From: Burkholderiales bacterium
GTDB taxonomy: Bacteria > Pseudomonadota > Gammaproteobacteria > Burkholderiales > SG8-39
Reading direction: 5' to 3'
Length of the DNA: 64,000 nucleotides
NCBI GenBank assembly: GCA_035308765.1
Contig: DATGGA010000021.1
Location: forward strand, 41,894 to 105,893
Under the pieces are notes generated by a model, which had not been told where the DNA came from, searched no databases, and saw only the letters and a program-made list of their open reading frames with translations. Each line of letters begins with the position of its first letter. The first letter of the stretch is position 1. A program made the position numbers and the translations under genes. Of this stretch, positions 30,316 to 39,246 are shown in pieces.

Positions 30316-31766
30316 CCATTCCCCCGCCGGCCGAGCGCCGCACCGGCCACTTCGGCATCCGAGAACGGCAGCCGCCGTCCGGCGATCTCCTGGAATCCTT
30401 CGTGGCCCTTACCGGCGATCAGCACCACGTCGGCGGCATCCGCCGAAGCGATGGCAAAAGAGATGGCTTTGGCGCGGTCGAGTTCGACGGCGCAATCGCC
30501 CGACACACCTTCGCGTATCGCCGCGATGATTGCCTGCGGATCCTCGCCGCGCGGATTGTCGGAAGTAAGCACGATCCGGTCGGCACGCGCCGCGGCTACG
30601 CGTCCCATCACGGGCCTCTTGGCCCTGTCGCGCCCGCCGCCGGCGCCGAACACCGCGACCAGCCGCCCGCCGCGCGCCTGCGCGACCGGCTTCAGCGCCG
30701 AGAGCACCTGGTCCAGCGCGTCGGGAGTATGTGCATAGTCGACCACCACCAGCGGGCGGTCGCCGATCTGCTGCATGCGGCCCGCGACCTGCGGCAGCGA
30801 CTCGAGCAGCTTCACGCCCTCCGCGAACGCAATGCCTTTCGCCACCAGACAACCCAGAACGCCGAGCGCGTTGGCTACATTGAAGCGCCCGAGCTGGGGA
30901 ATCGACGCTGCCGCACTTCCCCAGGTTGATTCGATTTCCACTTTCTGGCCTTCGATCTTTGAAACGGAAATAGATTCGGCAGCCGGCTCCCCGCTCAGCG
31001 AATAGCCGATCGTGCGCACGCCCCGGGCCGCGAGGCGCTTCGCGAGTCGCGCGCCGAAAGGGTCGTCCAGGTTGAGCACCGCCGCGGCAAGGCCCGGCGC
31101 GTCGAACAGGCGCGCCTTTGCTTCCGCGTAAGCCTCCAGCGTGCCGTGGTAATCCAGGTGATCGTGCGTGAGGTTGGTGAACAGCGCGCAATCGAAGGCG
31201 ACGCCGTTCAAGCGGCCCTGGTCCAGACCGTGCGAGGACACTTCCATCGCCACGGCCTGCGCGCCGCCCGATTTGAATTCGGCGAGCATGCGGTGCAGCT
31301 CGAGCGCGTCAGGCGTGGTGTTCGGAATCTCCGAAAGAGCGTTGGGTAATCCGCTGCCCAGCGTGCCGATGACGCCTGTCCTGATGTCGTTCAGGGACAG
31401 CAGGTGCGCAAGCCATTGCGAACAGGAGGTCTTGCCGTTGGTGCCGGTAACGCCGCAGATCCAAAGCGATTCGGACGGACGCCCGTAGAACTCGTGGGCG
31501 ATGAAGCCCGCGCGCGACTTGAGATCCTTCACGCCCGCGTTGGGCACCCGCCGTGCTCGCTCAAATGCGCCGTCCCAGGCGAAGCCCTCGCTCTCCCACG
31601 CCACCGCCGCGCAGCCGCGCTCGATCGCCTGCGCGATGTAGCGACGGCCGTCGGCGGCCTCGCCCGGCCAGGCGAAAAAGGCCGCGCCTGGCGCGGCCCG
31701 CCGGCTGTCGGAGATCAGGTTTTCGATCGCGGCCTCCTTGAGCAGAGCGATAACGTCGTCAATCAG
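30312..31766 (-). CDS. murE: UDP-MurNAc-L-Ala-D-Glu--2,6-diaminopimelate ligase (start codon non-canonical or uncertain)
   Basis: GVTGTNGKTS P-loop and DNPR motif (LTSDNPRGEDP). The conserved N-terminal domain (ISDSRRAAPGAAFFAWPGEAADGRRYIAQAIERG) lies upstream of the first GTG (31604) in the same frame. The 5' end is set provisionally at CTG 31766, next to the ftsI stop. Confidence 0.88.
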   Translation of the reverse strand: MIDDVIALLKEAAIENLISDSRRAAPGAAFFAWPGEAADGRRYIAQAIERGCAAVAWESEGFAWDGAFERARRVPNAGVKDLKSRAGFIAHEFYGRPSESLWICGVTGTNGKTSCSQWLAHLLSLNDIRTGVIGTLGSGLPNALSEIPNTTPDALELHRMLAEFKSGGAQAVAMEVSSHGLDQGRLNGVAFDCALFTNLTHDHLDYHGTLEAYAEAKARLFDAPGLAAAVLNLDDPFGARLAKRLAARGVRTIGYSLSGEPAAESISVSKIEGQKVEIESTWGSAAASIPQLGRFNVANALGVLGCLVAKGIAFAEGVKLLESLPQVAGRMQQIGDRPLVVVDYAHTPDALDQVLSALKPVAQARGGRLVAVFGAGGGRDRAKRPVMGRVAAARADRIVLTSDNPRGEDPQAIIAAIREGVSGDCAVELDRAKAISFAIASADAADVVLIAGKGHEGFQEIAGRRLPFSDAEVAGAALGRRGNG

Positions 31767-33490
31767 GTGCTCTCCTTCGCTTCCTCGGCCTCGCCCGGCA
31801 TCTCGATCGGCGACAGCGGCGCGTCGTAAGGCGCCCCGAGCAGGCGCAGCGCGCCCTGCATTACCTGGGAGAACACCGGCGCGGCGACCTGCCCGCCGTA
31901 GTACTGGCCGTCCGAGGGCTCATCCAGCATCACCGCGATCACCAGCCGCGGGTCGGACATAGGCGCGAAACCGACGAACGAGGAAACATACTTGTTCGCT
32001 GCGTAGCCTCCGTTTTCCTCCTTGTGCGCGGTGCCGGTCTTGCCGCCCACGCGCCAGCCCACGATGCGCGCGCGCGGCGCGGTGCCGCCGGGCTGGACTG
32101 CGGCTTCCAGCATCTCGCGCACTTCGCGCGCAACCTCGGGCGAAAATACGCGCTTGCCCGTCGCCGGCGCGCCGGTCTTGAGCAGCGAAAGCGGCGCCAG
32201 TTCGCCATCGCGCGCGAACACGGTGTAGGCGCGCGCGAGCTGGATCAGGCTCACCGAGATGCCGTGGCCATAGGCCATGGTCGCCTGCTCGATCGGGCGC
32301 CAGGTCTTCGCCTCGCGCACCCGGCCAGTCGCCTCGCCGGGGAATCCCAGCTGCGGCGCGGCACCGAAACCGGCGCGCTTGAACATGTCGTGCATCTCCT
32401 CGCGCGGCATCAGGAGCGCGATCTTCGCCGCGCCGACGTTGGAGGATTTCTGGATCACCTGCGCCACGGTCATCGCGCCGCCCGCATGCGCGTCGTGGAT
32501 GGTGTAGTTGGCGATGGTGAGCGTGCCGGGCGAGGTCTGGATCAGCGTCTGCGGCGTGATCTTCCCCATCTCCAGCGCCAGGCCGATAGTGAAGGGCTTG
32601 AGCGTCGAGCCCGGTTCGAAGGTGTCGGTCATCACGCGGTTGCGCAGCTGCGCGCCGCTGAGGTGCGCCCGGTTGTTCGGGTTGTAGGTGGGCATGTTGG
32701 CGAGCGCGAGCACTTCGCCCGTGCGCACATCGAGCACCACGATGGCGCCCGCCTTCGCCTTGTGCGCTTCGACCGCGGCCTTGAGCGCGCTGAAGGCGAT
32801 GTTCTGGATCTTGCTGTCCAGGGCAAGCGTGAGATCGTGCCCGTCCTGCGCGGCGCGGATCGACTCCACGTCCTCGACGATGCGGCCGAGCCGGTCCTTG
32901 ATCACGCGCCGGCTGCCGGCGGCGCCGGCGAGAACCGCCTGCTGCGCGAGTTCGATGCCTTCCTGGCCGGCGTCGTCCACGCCGGTGAAACCGATCACGT
33001 GCGCCATGGTTTCGCCGCCCGGGTAGTAGCGCCGGTATTCGTTCTGCAGGCGGATGCCGGGGATGCCAAGCTCCGCGACCCGCGCCGCTGCCTCCGGCGG
33101 AATCTGGCGCTTCAGGTAGACGAACCCGCGTTCCGCGTCCGAGAGCTTGCGCCCGAGTTCGCGCGGATCCATCGACAGCAGCGCCGCCAGATTTTTCAGC
33201 TGCGCGGACGTCGCGCTGACATCGTCCGGGATGGCCCACACCGATTTCACCGGCGTCGAGATGGCGAGCGCCTCGCCGTTACGGTCCACGACGCGGCCGC
33301 GCGTCGCCGGTATTTCCAGCACCCGGGAATAGCGCGCCTCGCCTTTTCCCTGCAAGAAACCGGTCTTCATCGATTGCAGGAACAGCGACCGGCCAGCGAG
33401 CACCGCGAAGGCCGCCAGCAGCGCGAACAGCGCGAAGCGGGCCCGCCACGCCGGTAGCCGCACCAGCGTCGGTACGCTCGCGGCGGTCAC
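31763..33490 (-). CDS. ftsI: Peptidoglycan D,D-transpeptidase FtsI (PBP3)
   Basis: 575 aa. Transpeptidase motifs STLKP (SxxK), SSN and KTGT. N-terminal TM anchor. Confidence 0.95.
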   Translation of the reverse strand: MTAASVPTLVRLPAWRARFALFALLAAFAVLAGRSLFLQSMKTGFLQGKGEARYSRVLEIPATRGRVVDRNGEALAISTPVKSVWAIPDDVSATSAQLKNLAALLSMDPRELGRKLSDAERGFVYLKRQIPPEAAARVAELGIPGIRLQNEYRRYYPGGETMAHVIGFTGVDDAGQEGIELAQQAVLAGAAGSRRVIKDRLGRIVEDVESIRAAQDGHDLTLALDSKIQNIAFSALKAAVEAHKAKAGAIVVLDVRTGEVLALANMPTYNPNNRAHLSGAQLRNRVMTDTFEPGSTLKPFTIGLALEMGKITPQTLIQTSPGTLTIANYTIHDAHAGGAMTVAQVIQKSSNVGAAKIALLMPREEMHDMFKRAGFGAAPQLGFPGEATGRVREAKTWRPIEQATMAYGHGISVSLIQLARAYTVFARDGELAPLSLLKTGAPATGKRVFSPEVAREVREMLEAAVQPGGTAPRARIVGWRVGGKTGTAHKEENGGYAANKYVSSFVGFAPMSDPRLVIAVMLDEPSDGQYYGGQVAAPVFSQVMQGALRLLGAPYDAPLSPIEMPGEAEEAKEST

Positions 33491-33780
33491 GGTTGCGGCT
33501 CCCCGGCCAGGTGCGCGGAACGCAGTTCAACCATCCGCACGCGGCGCGGATCGGGCACGCGCATGCCCAGCCTGCCGGCGGCGATTTTCTCGACGCGCGA
33601 ATGCAAGCCCCAGGTGCTGGATTCCAGCTGCAACTGGCCGAACTCGACGTCGAGCGCGCGGCTGTACTCCTGCTCGCGCTCGAGCTCGGTGAACAGCTTG
33701 CGCGACTTGCTCTGCGAAGTGACGAGCCCGAGCGCGCAGACGATGAGAACCAGGAGGAGGAGGAGGTTCAGCTTCGCCAC
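33487..33780 (-). CDS. ftsL: Cell division protein FtsL
   Basis: 97 aa. One TM helix ([15 protein letters not shown]) then a coiled coil. Position between rsmH and ftsI. Confidence 0.85.
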   Translation of the reverse strand: MAKLNLLLLLVLIVCALGLVTSQSKSRKLFTELEREQEYSRALDVEFGQLQLESSTWGLHSRVEKIAAGRLGMRVPDPRRVRMVELRSAHLAGEPQP

Positions 33781-34763
33781 GCGTCGGGCCCGTGTTCGGT
33801 GAGTGCGCGATTCAGTACGGCAGGATCAAGGACCGCGTTCGTGCGCTCGGCGGCGCGCAGCGTCGCACTGCGCGCGCGCGGGTTGGCCGCCGTTTCTGCC
33901 TCCGAGGCGCGCACCGCCTTGCCGATGATTCTGAGCGGCGGTTGTGGCAAATCGCGGGCGCGGATCGGCAAATCCCGGGGCAGGTCGGACTGCGAGCAGG
34001 CGCGCAGGAAGCGCTTCACCAGCCGGTCCTCCAGCGAGTGGAAGCTGATGACGGCGAGCCGTGCCCCTGGGGCCAGGCGCCGGGCGGCCTGCGGCAGCAT
34101 CAGCGCGATCTCCTCAAGCTCCCGATTGACGAGAATCCGTAGAGCCTGAAAGGTGCGCGTCGCCGGATTCTTCCCGGCCTCGCGTGTGCCGACCGCCGCA
34201 GCCACGACAGCGGCAAGTTGCTCGGTGCGGCGGATCGGCTCGCGTGCCCGAGCAGCAACAATCGCCTTTGCAACCTGTTTAGCAAACCGTTCTTCGCCAT
34301 AGCCCCCGATTGCCTCCCGGATTTGTTGTTCTGTTGCCGTGGCCAGCCAGTCCGCGGCCGAAACGCCGCGGGTCGGATCCATGCGCATGTCGAGCGGACC
34401 GTCGGCGCGGAACGAGAAGCCGCGCGCCGGGTCTTCGAGTTGTGGCGACGAGACGCCGAGGTCCGCGAGCACGCCCTGCACCTGCCCGGCGCGCGCGCGA
34501 TCGAGTACCTGCACGAGCTCGCTGAACGGTGCGTGGGCGATACTGAAGCGCGGGTCGGCGATTTCGCGCGCGGCGACAACCGCCTGTGGATCGCGATCCA
34601 GCGCGATCAGCCGGCCCGCCGGACCAAGGCGAGCGAGGATCGCGCGGCTGTGGCCGCCGCGGCCGAAGGTGGCGTCCACGTAGACACCGTCCGCGCGGAT
34701 AGCCAGGGCCGATACCGCCTCTTCGAGAAGGACTGCGCGATGAGCGGGGTTCTGTGTGCTCAT
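33768..34763 (-). CDS. rsmH: 16S rRNA (cytosine1402-N4)-methyltransferase
   Basis: 331 aa. SAM motif [14 protein letters not shown]. dcw position 2. Confidence 0.95.
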   Translation of the reverse strand: MSTQNPAHRAVLLEEAVSALAIRADGVYVDATFGRGGHSRAILARLGPAGRLIALDRDPQAVVAAREIADPRFSIAHAPFSELVQVLDRARAGQVQGVLADLGVSSPQLEDPARGFSFRADGPLDMRMDPTRGVSAADWLATATEQQIREAIGGYGEERFAKQVAKAIVAARAREPIRRTEQLAAVVAAAVGTREAGKNPATRTFQALRILVNRELEEIALMLPQAARRLAPGARLAVISFHSLEDRLVKRFLRACSQSDLPRDLPIRARDLPQPPLRIIGKAVRASEAETAANPRARSATLRAAERTNAVLDPAVLNRALTEHGPDAWRS

Positions 34764-34778
34764 CGTCCGCGCCCGCTG

Positions 34779-35228
34779 TCACAGCGAGAAGTTCTCCACG
34801 CCCGGCGGCAGGGAGCCGGAACCGGACAGCGCGGCGGCGTACTTCGCGTTCCAGACGCCCGAATCCCAGAGCTCGAAATAGTGGCTCTGCCCGACCAGCA
34901 TCGCGTCGCGCTCGAGCTTGGCGTGCATGCGCAGCGCGCTCGAGATCAGCACGCGCCCCGAGGCGTCCGGGGTGATGTGCTCCTCGAAGCCGAGAAGCAG
35001 GCGTTTCCACCAGCTCGCCTGCGGATGGAAGCTGGGAAATTTCTCCACCTGCGCGCGCACGCGCTCCCAGGCGGATTCCGGGTAGATGAGCGCGCAGCCC
35101 TCCGGATGCGCGCTGAGCACGAGCGTCTTGCTCATGGCGACCAGCGCGTCGCGGTGCCGAGTGGGGATGGCGAGTCGGCCCTTGGCGTCCAGCGTCAGGA
35201 CCGTTGCGCCGTGAAACGTGCCGCTCAT
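34779..35228 (-). CDS. mraZ: Transcriptional regulator MraZ
   Basis: 149 aa. Duplicated MraZ/SpoVT-AbrB half with DAKGRLAIP motif. First gene of the dcw cluster. Confidence 0.95.
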   Translation of the reverse strand: MSGTFHGATVLTLDAKGRLAIPTRHRDALVAMSKTLVLSAHPEGCALIYPESAWERVRAQVEKFPSFHPQASWWKRLLLGFEEHITPDASGRVLISSALRMHAKLERDAMLVGQSHYFELWDSGVWNAKYAAALSGSGSLPPGVENFSL

Positions 35229-35284
35229 CTCCTCTTGTCTCCTCCACTTGGATCGCTAGAGAGCCAGACTGCGGCATTTATAAG

Positions 35285-35310
35285 CCACTTTTTTCTACGT
35301 TTTCCCACTT
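35285..35310 (-). promoter_or_regulatory. Candidate MraZ operator: two AAAGTGG(G/C) direct repeats 20 nt apart
   Basis: Minus strand reads TTAAAGTGGGAAAACGTAGAAAAAAGTGGCTTA. Further AAGTGG copies lie at 35244-35249 (overlapping the RBS) and 35369-35374. Confidence 0.35.
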
Positions 35311-35336
35311 TAATCTGAAAAGCCGAAGAAGGTCAA
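35307..35336 (-). promoter_or_regulatory. Candidate mraZ (dcw) promoter
   Basis: Minus strand: TTGACC (35336-35331), 18-nt spacer, TAAAGT (35312-35307). Lies in the only AT-rich stretch upstream of mraZ. Confidence 0.3.
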
Positions 35337-35384
35337 GCTGAACAACCTGATTTCTTCTGCCGAGACAACCACTTAGCTGAACAA
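35336..35384. repeat. 10-nt direct repeat AGCTGAACAA x2 (39-nt spacing) in the mraZ/scoA divergent region
   Basis: Identical AGCTGAACAA at 35336-35345 and 35375-35384. The first copy abuts the putative mraZ -35. Confidence 0.6.
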
Positions 35385-35519
35385 TTGGAGACTGTTTCTT
35401 GATTTTTATTGTTTATGTAAATCAAATAGATATAAAAGCCATTGAATGTGGATTCTCAATTGTCAGTGGATACTTACAGAAAAAGGCCAAAAACCCGTTG
35501 AGGCGATAATTCGCGGCCC

Positions 35520-36182
35520 ATGATCAACAAATTCTTCGCTTCCGCGGAAAGCGCGCTGGCCGACGTACCCGACGGCGCGACGGTGATGATCGGCGGCTTC
35601 GGCAATGCCGGCATGCCCGCGGCCCTGATCGATTGCCTGATCGCGCAGGGCGCGACGGACCTCACGGTGGTCAACAACAATGCGGGCAACGCCGACACCG
35701 GGCTGGCGGCGCTGATCGGCGCCGGGCGCGTGCGCAAGATCATCTGCTCATTCCCGCGCCAGACGGACTCCTGGCACTTCGACAAGTTCTACCGCGCCGG
35801 AAAGCTCGAACTGGAGTTGGTGCCGCAAGGCACGCTCGCCGAACGCATCCGCGCCGCGGGCGCCGGCATCGGCGGTTTTTTCACGCCGACTGCCTTCGGC
35901 ACCCGGCTCGCCGAGGGCAAAGAGACGCGCAAGCTCGGCGGCCGCGACTACGTGCTCGAGTACCCGATCCACGCCGACTATGCCCTGATCAAGGCCGACC
36001 GCGCGGACCGCTGGGGCAACCTCACCTACCGCAAGACCTCGCGCAATTTCGGGCCGATCATGGCTGCCGCCGCGAAATGCACCGTGGTGCAGGTGCGGGA
36101 AACCGTGGAACTCGGCGAACTCGATCCCGAGAGCGTCGTCACGCCGGGAATATTCGTCAAGCGGGTCGTAAAATTGCACTGA
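35520..36182 (+). CDS. scoA: 3-oxoacid CoA-transferase subunit A
   Basis: 220 aa. MINKFF...VPDGATVMIGGFG N-terminus typical of the family I CoA-transferase A subunit. Confidence 0.92.
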   Translation: MINKFFASAESALADVPDGATVMIGGFGNAGMPAALIDCLIAQGATDLTVVNNNAGNADTGLAALIGAGRVRKIICSFPRQTDSWHFDKFYRAGKLELELVPQGTLAERIRAAGAGIGGFFTPTAFGTRLAEGKETRKLGGRDYVLEYPIHADYALIKADRADRWGNLTYRKTSRNFGPIMAAAAKCTVVQVRETVELGELDPESVVTPGIFVKRVVKLH

Positions 36183-36829
36183 TGAAAAAAGCCGACCGCA
36201 AGCAGATGGCCGCGCGCGTCGCGCAGGACATTCCCGAGGGCGCCTACGTGAACCTCGGCATCGGCCTGCCGACGCTGGTCGCCGACTTCCTGCCGCAGGG
36301 CCGCGAGATCATCCTGCACAGCGAGAATGGCGTTCTCGGCGTCGGCCCGCGTCCTGCCAAGGGCGAAGAGGACGAAGACCTGATCAACGCCGGCAAAGAG
36401 CCGGTAACGCTGCTCACCGGCGGCTCCTATTTCCACCACGCCGATTCCTTTGGCATGATCCGCGGCCGCCACCTCGACTTCTGCGTGCTGGGCGCGTTCC
36501 AGGTCTCGGCTGCCGGCGACATCGCCAACTGGCACACGGGCGCACCGGACGCGATCCCTGCAGTGGGCGGCGCGATGGACCTCGCGGTGGGCGCCAAGCA
36601 GGTGCTGGTGATGATGGAGCACCTGAGCAAGGATGGCAAAAGCAAGATCGTGGAGCACTGCAGCTATCCGCTCACGGGCGCTCGCTGCGTCAACCGCGTC
36701 TACACCGACCTCGCGGTGATCGACGTCAAGCCAGACGGCCTGCACCTCGTGGAAATCCTCGCCGACATCTCCTTCGACGAACTGCAGCGCCTGAACGGAG
36801 TCGCCTTGAAGTACCGCGCGGCCGCTTAG
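36182..36829 (+). CDS. scoB: 3-oxoacid CoA-transferase subunit B
   Basis: 215 aa from ATG 36182 (shares 1 nt with the scoA TGA). Catalytic-Glu motif LHSENGVLG (SENG). Confidence 0.92.
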   Translation: MKKADRKQMAARVAQDIPEGAYVNLGIGLPTLVADFLPQGREIILHSENGVLGVGPRPAKGEEDEDLINAGKEPVTLLTGGSYFHHADSFGMIRGRHLDFCVLGAFQVSAAGDIANWHTGAPDAIPAVGGAMDLAVGAKQVLVMMEHLSKDGKSKIVEHCSYPLTGARCVNRVYTDLAVIDVKPDGLHLVEILADISFDELQRLNGVALKYRAAA

Positions 36830-36862
36830 GCGGACGCGCCCCTTCACGTACCGGGCCGCCGC

Positions 36863-37435
36863 CTAGTCCTTCCTGGCCACCAGCGCGATGCGGCGCCGGA
36901 TCTGTTCCAGCGCCGCGCCGTCTCCGGCTGCTTCAGCGCGTTTCTCCTGCACTCCCAGCCAGGCCAGCAGCGGCCGGCGCCAGCCCTGCGCGGACGCGAT
37001 ATCGACTGCGGCGGTGATTTCCGGCGGAGTGATTTTGCCGCTTTTCAGTTTTACCCCGAGGGAAACCAGCTTCGACAGCGGGTCGTCTCCGGCGGCTCTT
37101 TCGGCTCGCCCGGCCAGATATTCGGCGTAAGCGACTTCCTCCGCGCCCGCGTCGGCACGCAGGGCCAAGAATCCAGGGCAATCGTCGAATTCGAGGCTGG
37201 CGGTGCGCGCCGCGCAACGCACCAGTTCGGCCTGCGCCACCAGGGAGGGATCGCCGGTGCTGGCCAGCTCCTTCCCGGCGATATCGAACTCGAGGTCTGC
37301 GGCGCGCCTATCGCCGAGCAGGTAGCTCTGCTCGAAAGAATCGAGCGCGGATTTCGCGTTCGATTGCCAGATCGGCGGCACCGCGCCGCCGCAGGCAGCA
37401 AGCAACAGCAGCAAGAACGCGTTAGCACGTTTCAC
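36863..37435 (-). CDS. Lipoprotein of unknown function, last gene of the Mla-like operon
   Basis: 190 aa from GTG 37435 (GTGA overlap with the upstream MCE gene stop). Signal peptide plus lipobox LLLLLAAC-GG. Remainder looks helical with no motif I recognise. Confidence 0.6.
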   Translation of the reverse strand: MKRANAFLLLLLAACGGAVPPIWQSNAKSALDSFEQSYLLGDRRAADLEFDIAGKELASTGDPSLVAQAELVRCAARTASLEFDDCPGFLALRADAGAEEVAYAEYLAGRAERAAGDDPLSKLVSLGVKLKSGKITPPEITAAVDIASAQGWRRPLLAWLGVQEKRAEAAGDGAALEQIRRRIALVARKD

Positions 37436-38445
37436 GGCAGCTTGATCCTGGTATCGCGCGCGAACGGCCACTTGCGGTTGATCTCGTCGATCAGCGAATT
37501 GACCTTGCGCAGGCTCGCATCGACCTCGGCGCGTAGCGCGACCAGGTCTGTGGTGGCCGCCTTCGCGTTCGCGCCCACCGCCTGCGCGTCGGCCAGGATG
37601 CCGTCCACTTTCTTCAGGCTCGCACGCACTTCGTCGAGGATGAGGTTGGATTGCGCCACAGCCTTCTGCGTCTCATCCATGACGCCGCCCTGACCGAAGA
37701 CGCGCTGGTCGGTTTTGGAGAGCACGGTATCGAGCTTCAGCGACACGCTGCCCAGCGAGGCGAGCAAGGCATTGGCGCGATCGATCGACGCCATCACTTT
37801 CTTCGCGTTGTCTTCGCCGCCCGTCAGCCCACCCAGCACGCCGTACTTGCCGGCCATGCGTTCGGTCACCGTGCGCGCGTTCTTGAGGCTTTCCTGCAGG
37901 CTGGATCCCTGGTCGGTCATCTGGTCCAGGTTGTCCAGCACCGAGCGCATGGACGCCACCATGCGCGGGATCTCCTCGGTGGTGTCGCCGCGCAGCACTG
38001 GCCGCTCGGCGCGGTCGGCAAGCGGCGCATCCTGGAGGTTCGCGGTGAATGCGCGCAGCTTCGCGGCGCCCACCAGCGGCACATCGATCACGAAGACGCT
38101 CGATTCGCGCAGCCATTTCCATTCGCTCACGGGCACCCGGACGCTGATACGCACCTTGCCGTCGTCGCGCAGCGCGATGCGGCGCACGCGGCCGATCGGG
38201 AACCCGGCGAACGTGAGGTCCGTACCGACGCTTATGCCCTCGGCATTATCCGCAATCAGGTAAAAGCGCTGCGTCTGGTCGAACACGCCGCGCGCGTCGA
38301 GCACGTACACGATGAAGCCGACCGCGACGGCGATCGAGAACGCGAGGAGGATTCCAACCTTGACGTCGATGTTGCGCGGCAGCAGCCCGCCGGCAATGTC
38401 AGCCGGCGAGGCGGAGGCAGGAGGCTTGTCCGGCTGTTCGGCCAT
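37432..38445 (-). CDS. MCE/MlaD-family protein with long helical C-terminal extension
   Basis: 337 aa after trimming to MAEQPDKPP (ATG 38445). TM helix VGILLAFSIAVAVGFIVYVL. MCE domain (FYLIADNAEGISVGTDLTFAGFPIGRVRRI). About 190 aa of heptad-like C-terminus. Confidence 0.85.
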   Translation of the reverse strand: MAEQPDKPPASASPADIAGGLLPRNIDVKVGILLAFSIAVAVGFIVYVLDARGVFDQTQRFYLIADNAEGISVGTDLTFAGFPIGRVRRIALRDDGKVRISVRVPVSEWKWLRESSVFVIDVPLVGAAKLRAFTANLQDAPLADRAERPVLRGDTTEEIPRMVASMRSVLDNLDQMTDQGSSLQESLKNARTVTERMAGKYGVLGGLTGGEDNAKKVMASIDRANALLASLGSVSLKLDTVLSKTDQRVFGQGGVMDETQKAVAQSNLILDEVRASLKKVDGILADAQAVGANAKAATTDLVALRAEVDASLRKVNSLIDEINRKWPFARDTRIKLP

Positions 38446-38447
38446 GG

Positions 38448-39230
38448 TCAGACGTATTTCACCACCAAAGATGCGATCTCGACGACCATGATCGCGAAGA
38501 ACAGCTTCAGCAGCCCGCCAAGCACCACCCCCGGCAGCGATTCGATCACACCGCGCTCGGCTTCCAGCGCGGTCGCCGTGGGAACGATGGCGACGGCGAG
38601 GCCGAACAGCAGGCATTTGAGGCAGAAGCTGGCCAGGATGATGCCGTCGAAGACGTTGCTGACGATATGCGAGAACTCCGGCAGGCCGGCGGAGGTGAAG
38701 CCGTAGAACTCGACGTACGACAGCCAGACCGCGATCAGGCAACCGAGGGTGGTGAGCGAGCCCACCGACAGCGCGGCCCCGGCGATGCGCGGCACCAGTT
38801 CGGCATGCAGCGGGCTCGCTTCCGCTTCCTTCCGGTCCTCGAGTTCGCCGCGCACGCACATCAGCGCGATCTCCGCCCCGATCGCGGCTCCGGAGCGCAG
38901 GGCGACGAACAGCGCCGTGGTAAGCGGCACCACTTCCAGCACCAGGACGCGCAGCACGAGTTCCAGCGAATACTGCGTGACGCCGTACTGGCGCGCCGCG
39001 GCCACCACCACCTCGATCAGGATCAGGCTGAGCAACGCCGCAAGGGCCGCGTAGCCAGGAAGGATCTGCCAGGCGGTGAAATAGATCTGCTGTACCGCGA
39101 CTTCGCGCGCCCGCTGGCGGTAGGTGGAAGGCGAAAGCGCAGCCACCGTGGCGAAGCCCGCGAAGCGCAGCACGCGGCGCCAGCTGCGGGCGCGGAACAG
39201 GTACGCGCCGGCAGATGTAGTCTGGCTCAT
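38448..39230 (-). CDS. MlaE-family ABC transporter permease
   Basis: 260 aa. Conserved LRSGAAIGAEIALM segment (compare E. coli MlaE GRAGSALTAEIGLM). Multi-TM. Confidence 0.85.
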   Translation of the reverse strand: MSQTTSAGAYLFRARSWRRVLRFAGFATVAALSPSTYRQRAREVAVQQIYFTAWQILPGYAALAALLSLILIEVVVAAARQYGVTQYSLELVLRVLVLEVVPLTTALFVALRSGAAIGAEIALMCVRGELEDRKEAEASPLHAELVPRIAGAALSVGSLTTLGCLIAVWLSYVEFYGFTSAGLPEFSHIVSNVFDGIILASFCLKCLLFGLAVAIVPTATALEAERGVIESLPGVVLGGLLKLFFAIMVVEIASLVVKYV

Positions 39231-39235
39231 CGGCA

Positions 39236-39246
39236 GAGTTTACAAT
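39236..39246 (+). promoter_or_regulatory. Shared promoter-like motif GAGTTTACAAT (copy 1, upstream of the IlvD/Edd dehydratase)
   Basis: GAGTTTACAATTTCCCC with -10-like TACAAT at 39241-39246, 24 nt before GTG 39271. Identical 11-mer at 44925-44935. Confidence 0.4.

Noticed and set aside
36826-36866. Inverted repeat TAGGCGG...CCGCCTA spanning the stops of scoB and the lipoprotein gene
   Set aside because: The 7-bp arms are separated by a loop of about 25 nt and are largely made of the two stop-codon contexts. No U-tracts. Not convincing as a terminator.
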